Assembly: GCF_001194135.2 (NCBI RefSeq)
Contig: NC_068987.1
Location: 7,635,968 to 7,699,967, forward strand
Direction: 5' to 3'
DNA: 64,000 nt
Source of the DNA: Octopus bimaculoides
Taxonomy: Eukaryota
The translations under genes and the position numbers were made by a program. Every line of letters begins with the position of its first letter. Position 1 is the first letter of the stretch. Of this stretch, positions 63,721-64,000 are shown in pieces. The notes beneath the pieces are model-generated. The model searched no databases. It saw only the letters and a program-made list of their open reading frames with translations, and was not told the DNA's origin.

Positions 63721-64000
63721 TATTGCAAGAAACCAGAAAGATCTTAGGTTTCTTTATTTCTCTAGCAGTTTAGGTAGTCCAACTTATGCATGTTAATGTG
63801 TGAAAAACAAAATAGGAATGTTGAAAGTATGTATAAAATTAGTTTATGAACATCGAATGGCTATGGAGGTTCACTGGAATAAAATAATAATCCTTAAATA
63901 AAAAAAATGGGTGAGAAAGCCTGATTTAGTGCCACACTTTTCAAATCTTTTGGATTTCTGAACATCAGAGTGAAACATTAGATTCATGGAGAGTATTTAC

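Overview
AT-rich, microsatellite- and SINE-dense eukaryotic DNA with many N gaps. The repeat families look like those of an octopus genome (inference from memory, not searched). Three protein-coding loci were reconstructed by hand from splice sites and recalled human sequences. (1) The first coding exon of an RLIG1/C12orf29 RNA ligase orthologue on the minus strand (13325-13532, KxDG lysine at position 57); its later exons are not visible. (2) A C6orf89-like gene on the plus strand (31946-39388), with five clear exons and an unresolved middle part. (3) A complete 14-exon TTLL1 tubulin polyglutamylase on the minus strand (62997-42624; 1260 nt, 419 aa, all phases consistent). The rest is at least four SINE-like families, RTE, R4/Dong and mariner relics, MITEs and minisatellites. 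Most ORFs in the supplied track are artefacts of simple repeats or gaps. Top leads: an initiase-type ARGIG active-site motif in TTLL1 where the human protein has AQGKG; two copies of a repeat carrying a minimal type I hammerhead ribozyme fold, both antisense to the surrounding gene; an inverted SINE pair in the probable C6orf89 3' UTR; a stop-start uORF on RLIG1; and an exact 62-bp locally templated insertion inside a minisatellite. Repeat boundaries are approximate; no alignment, folding or database search was run.
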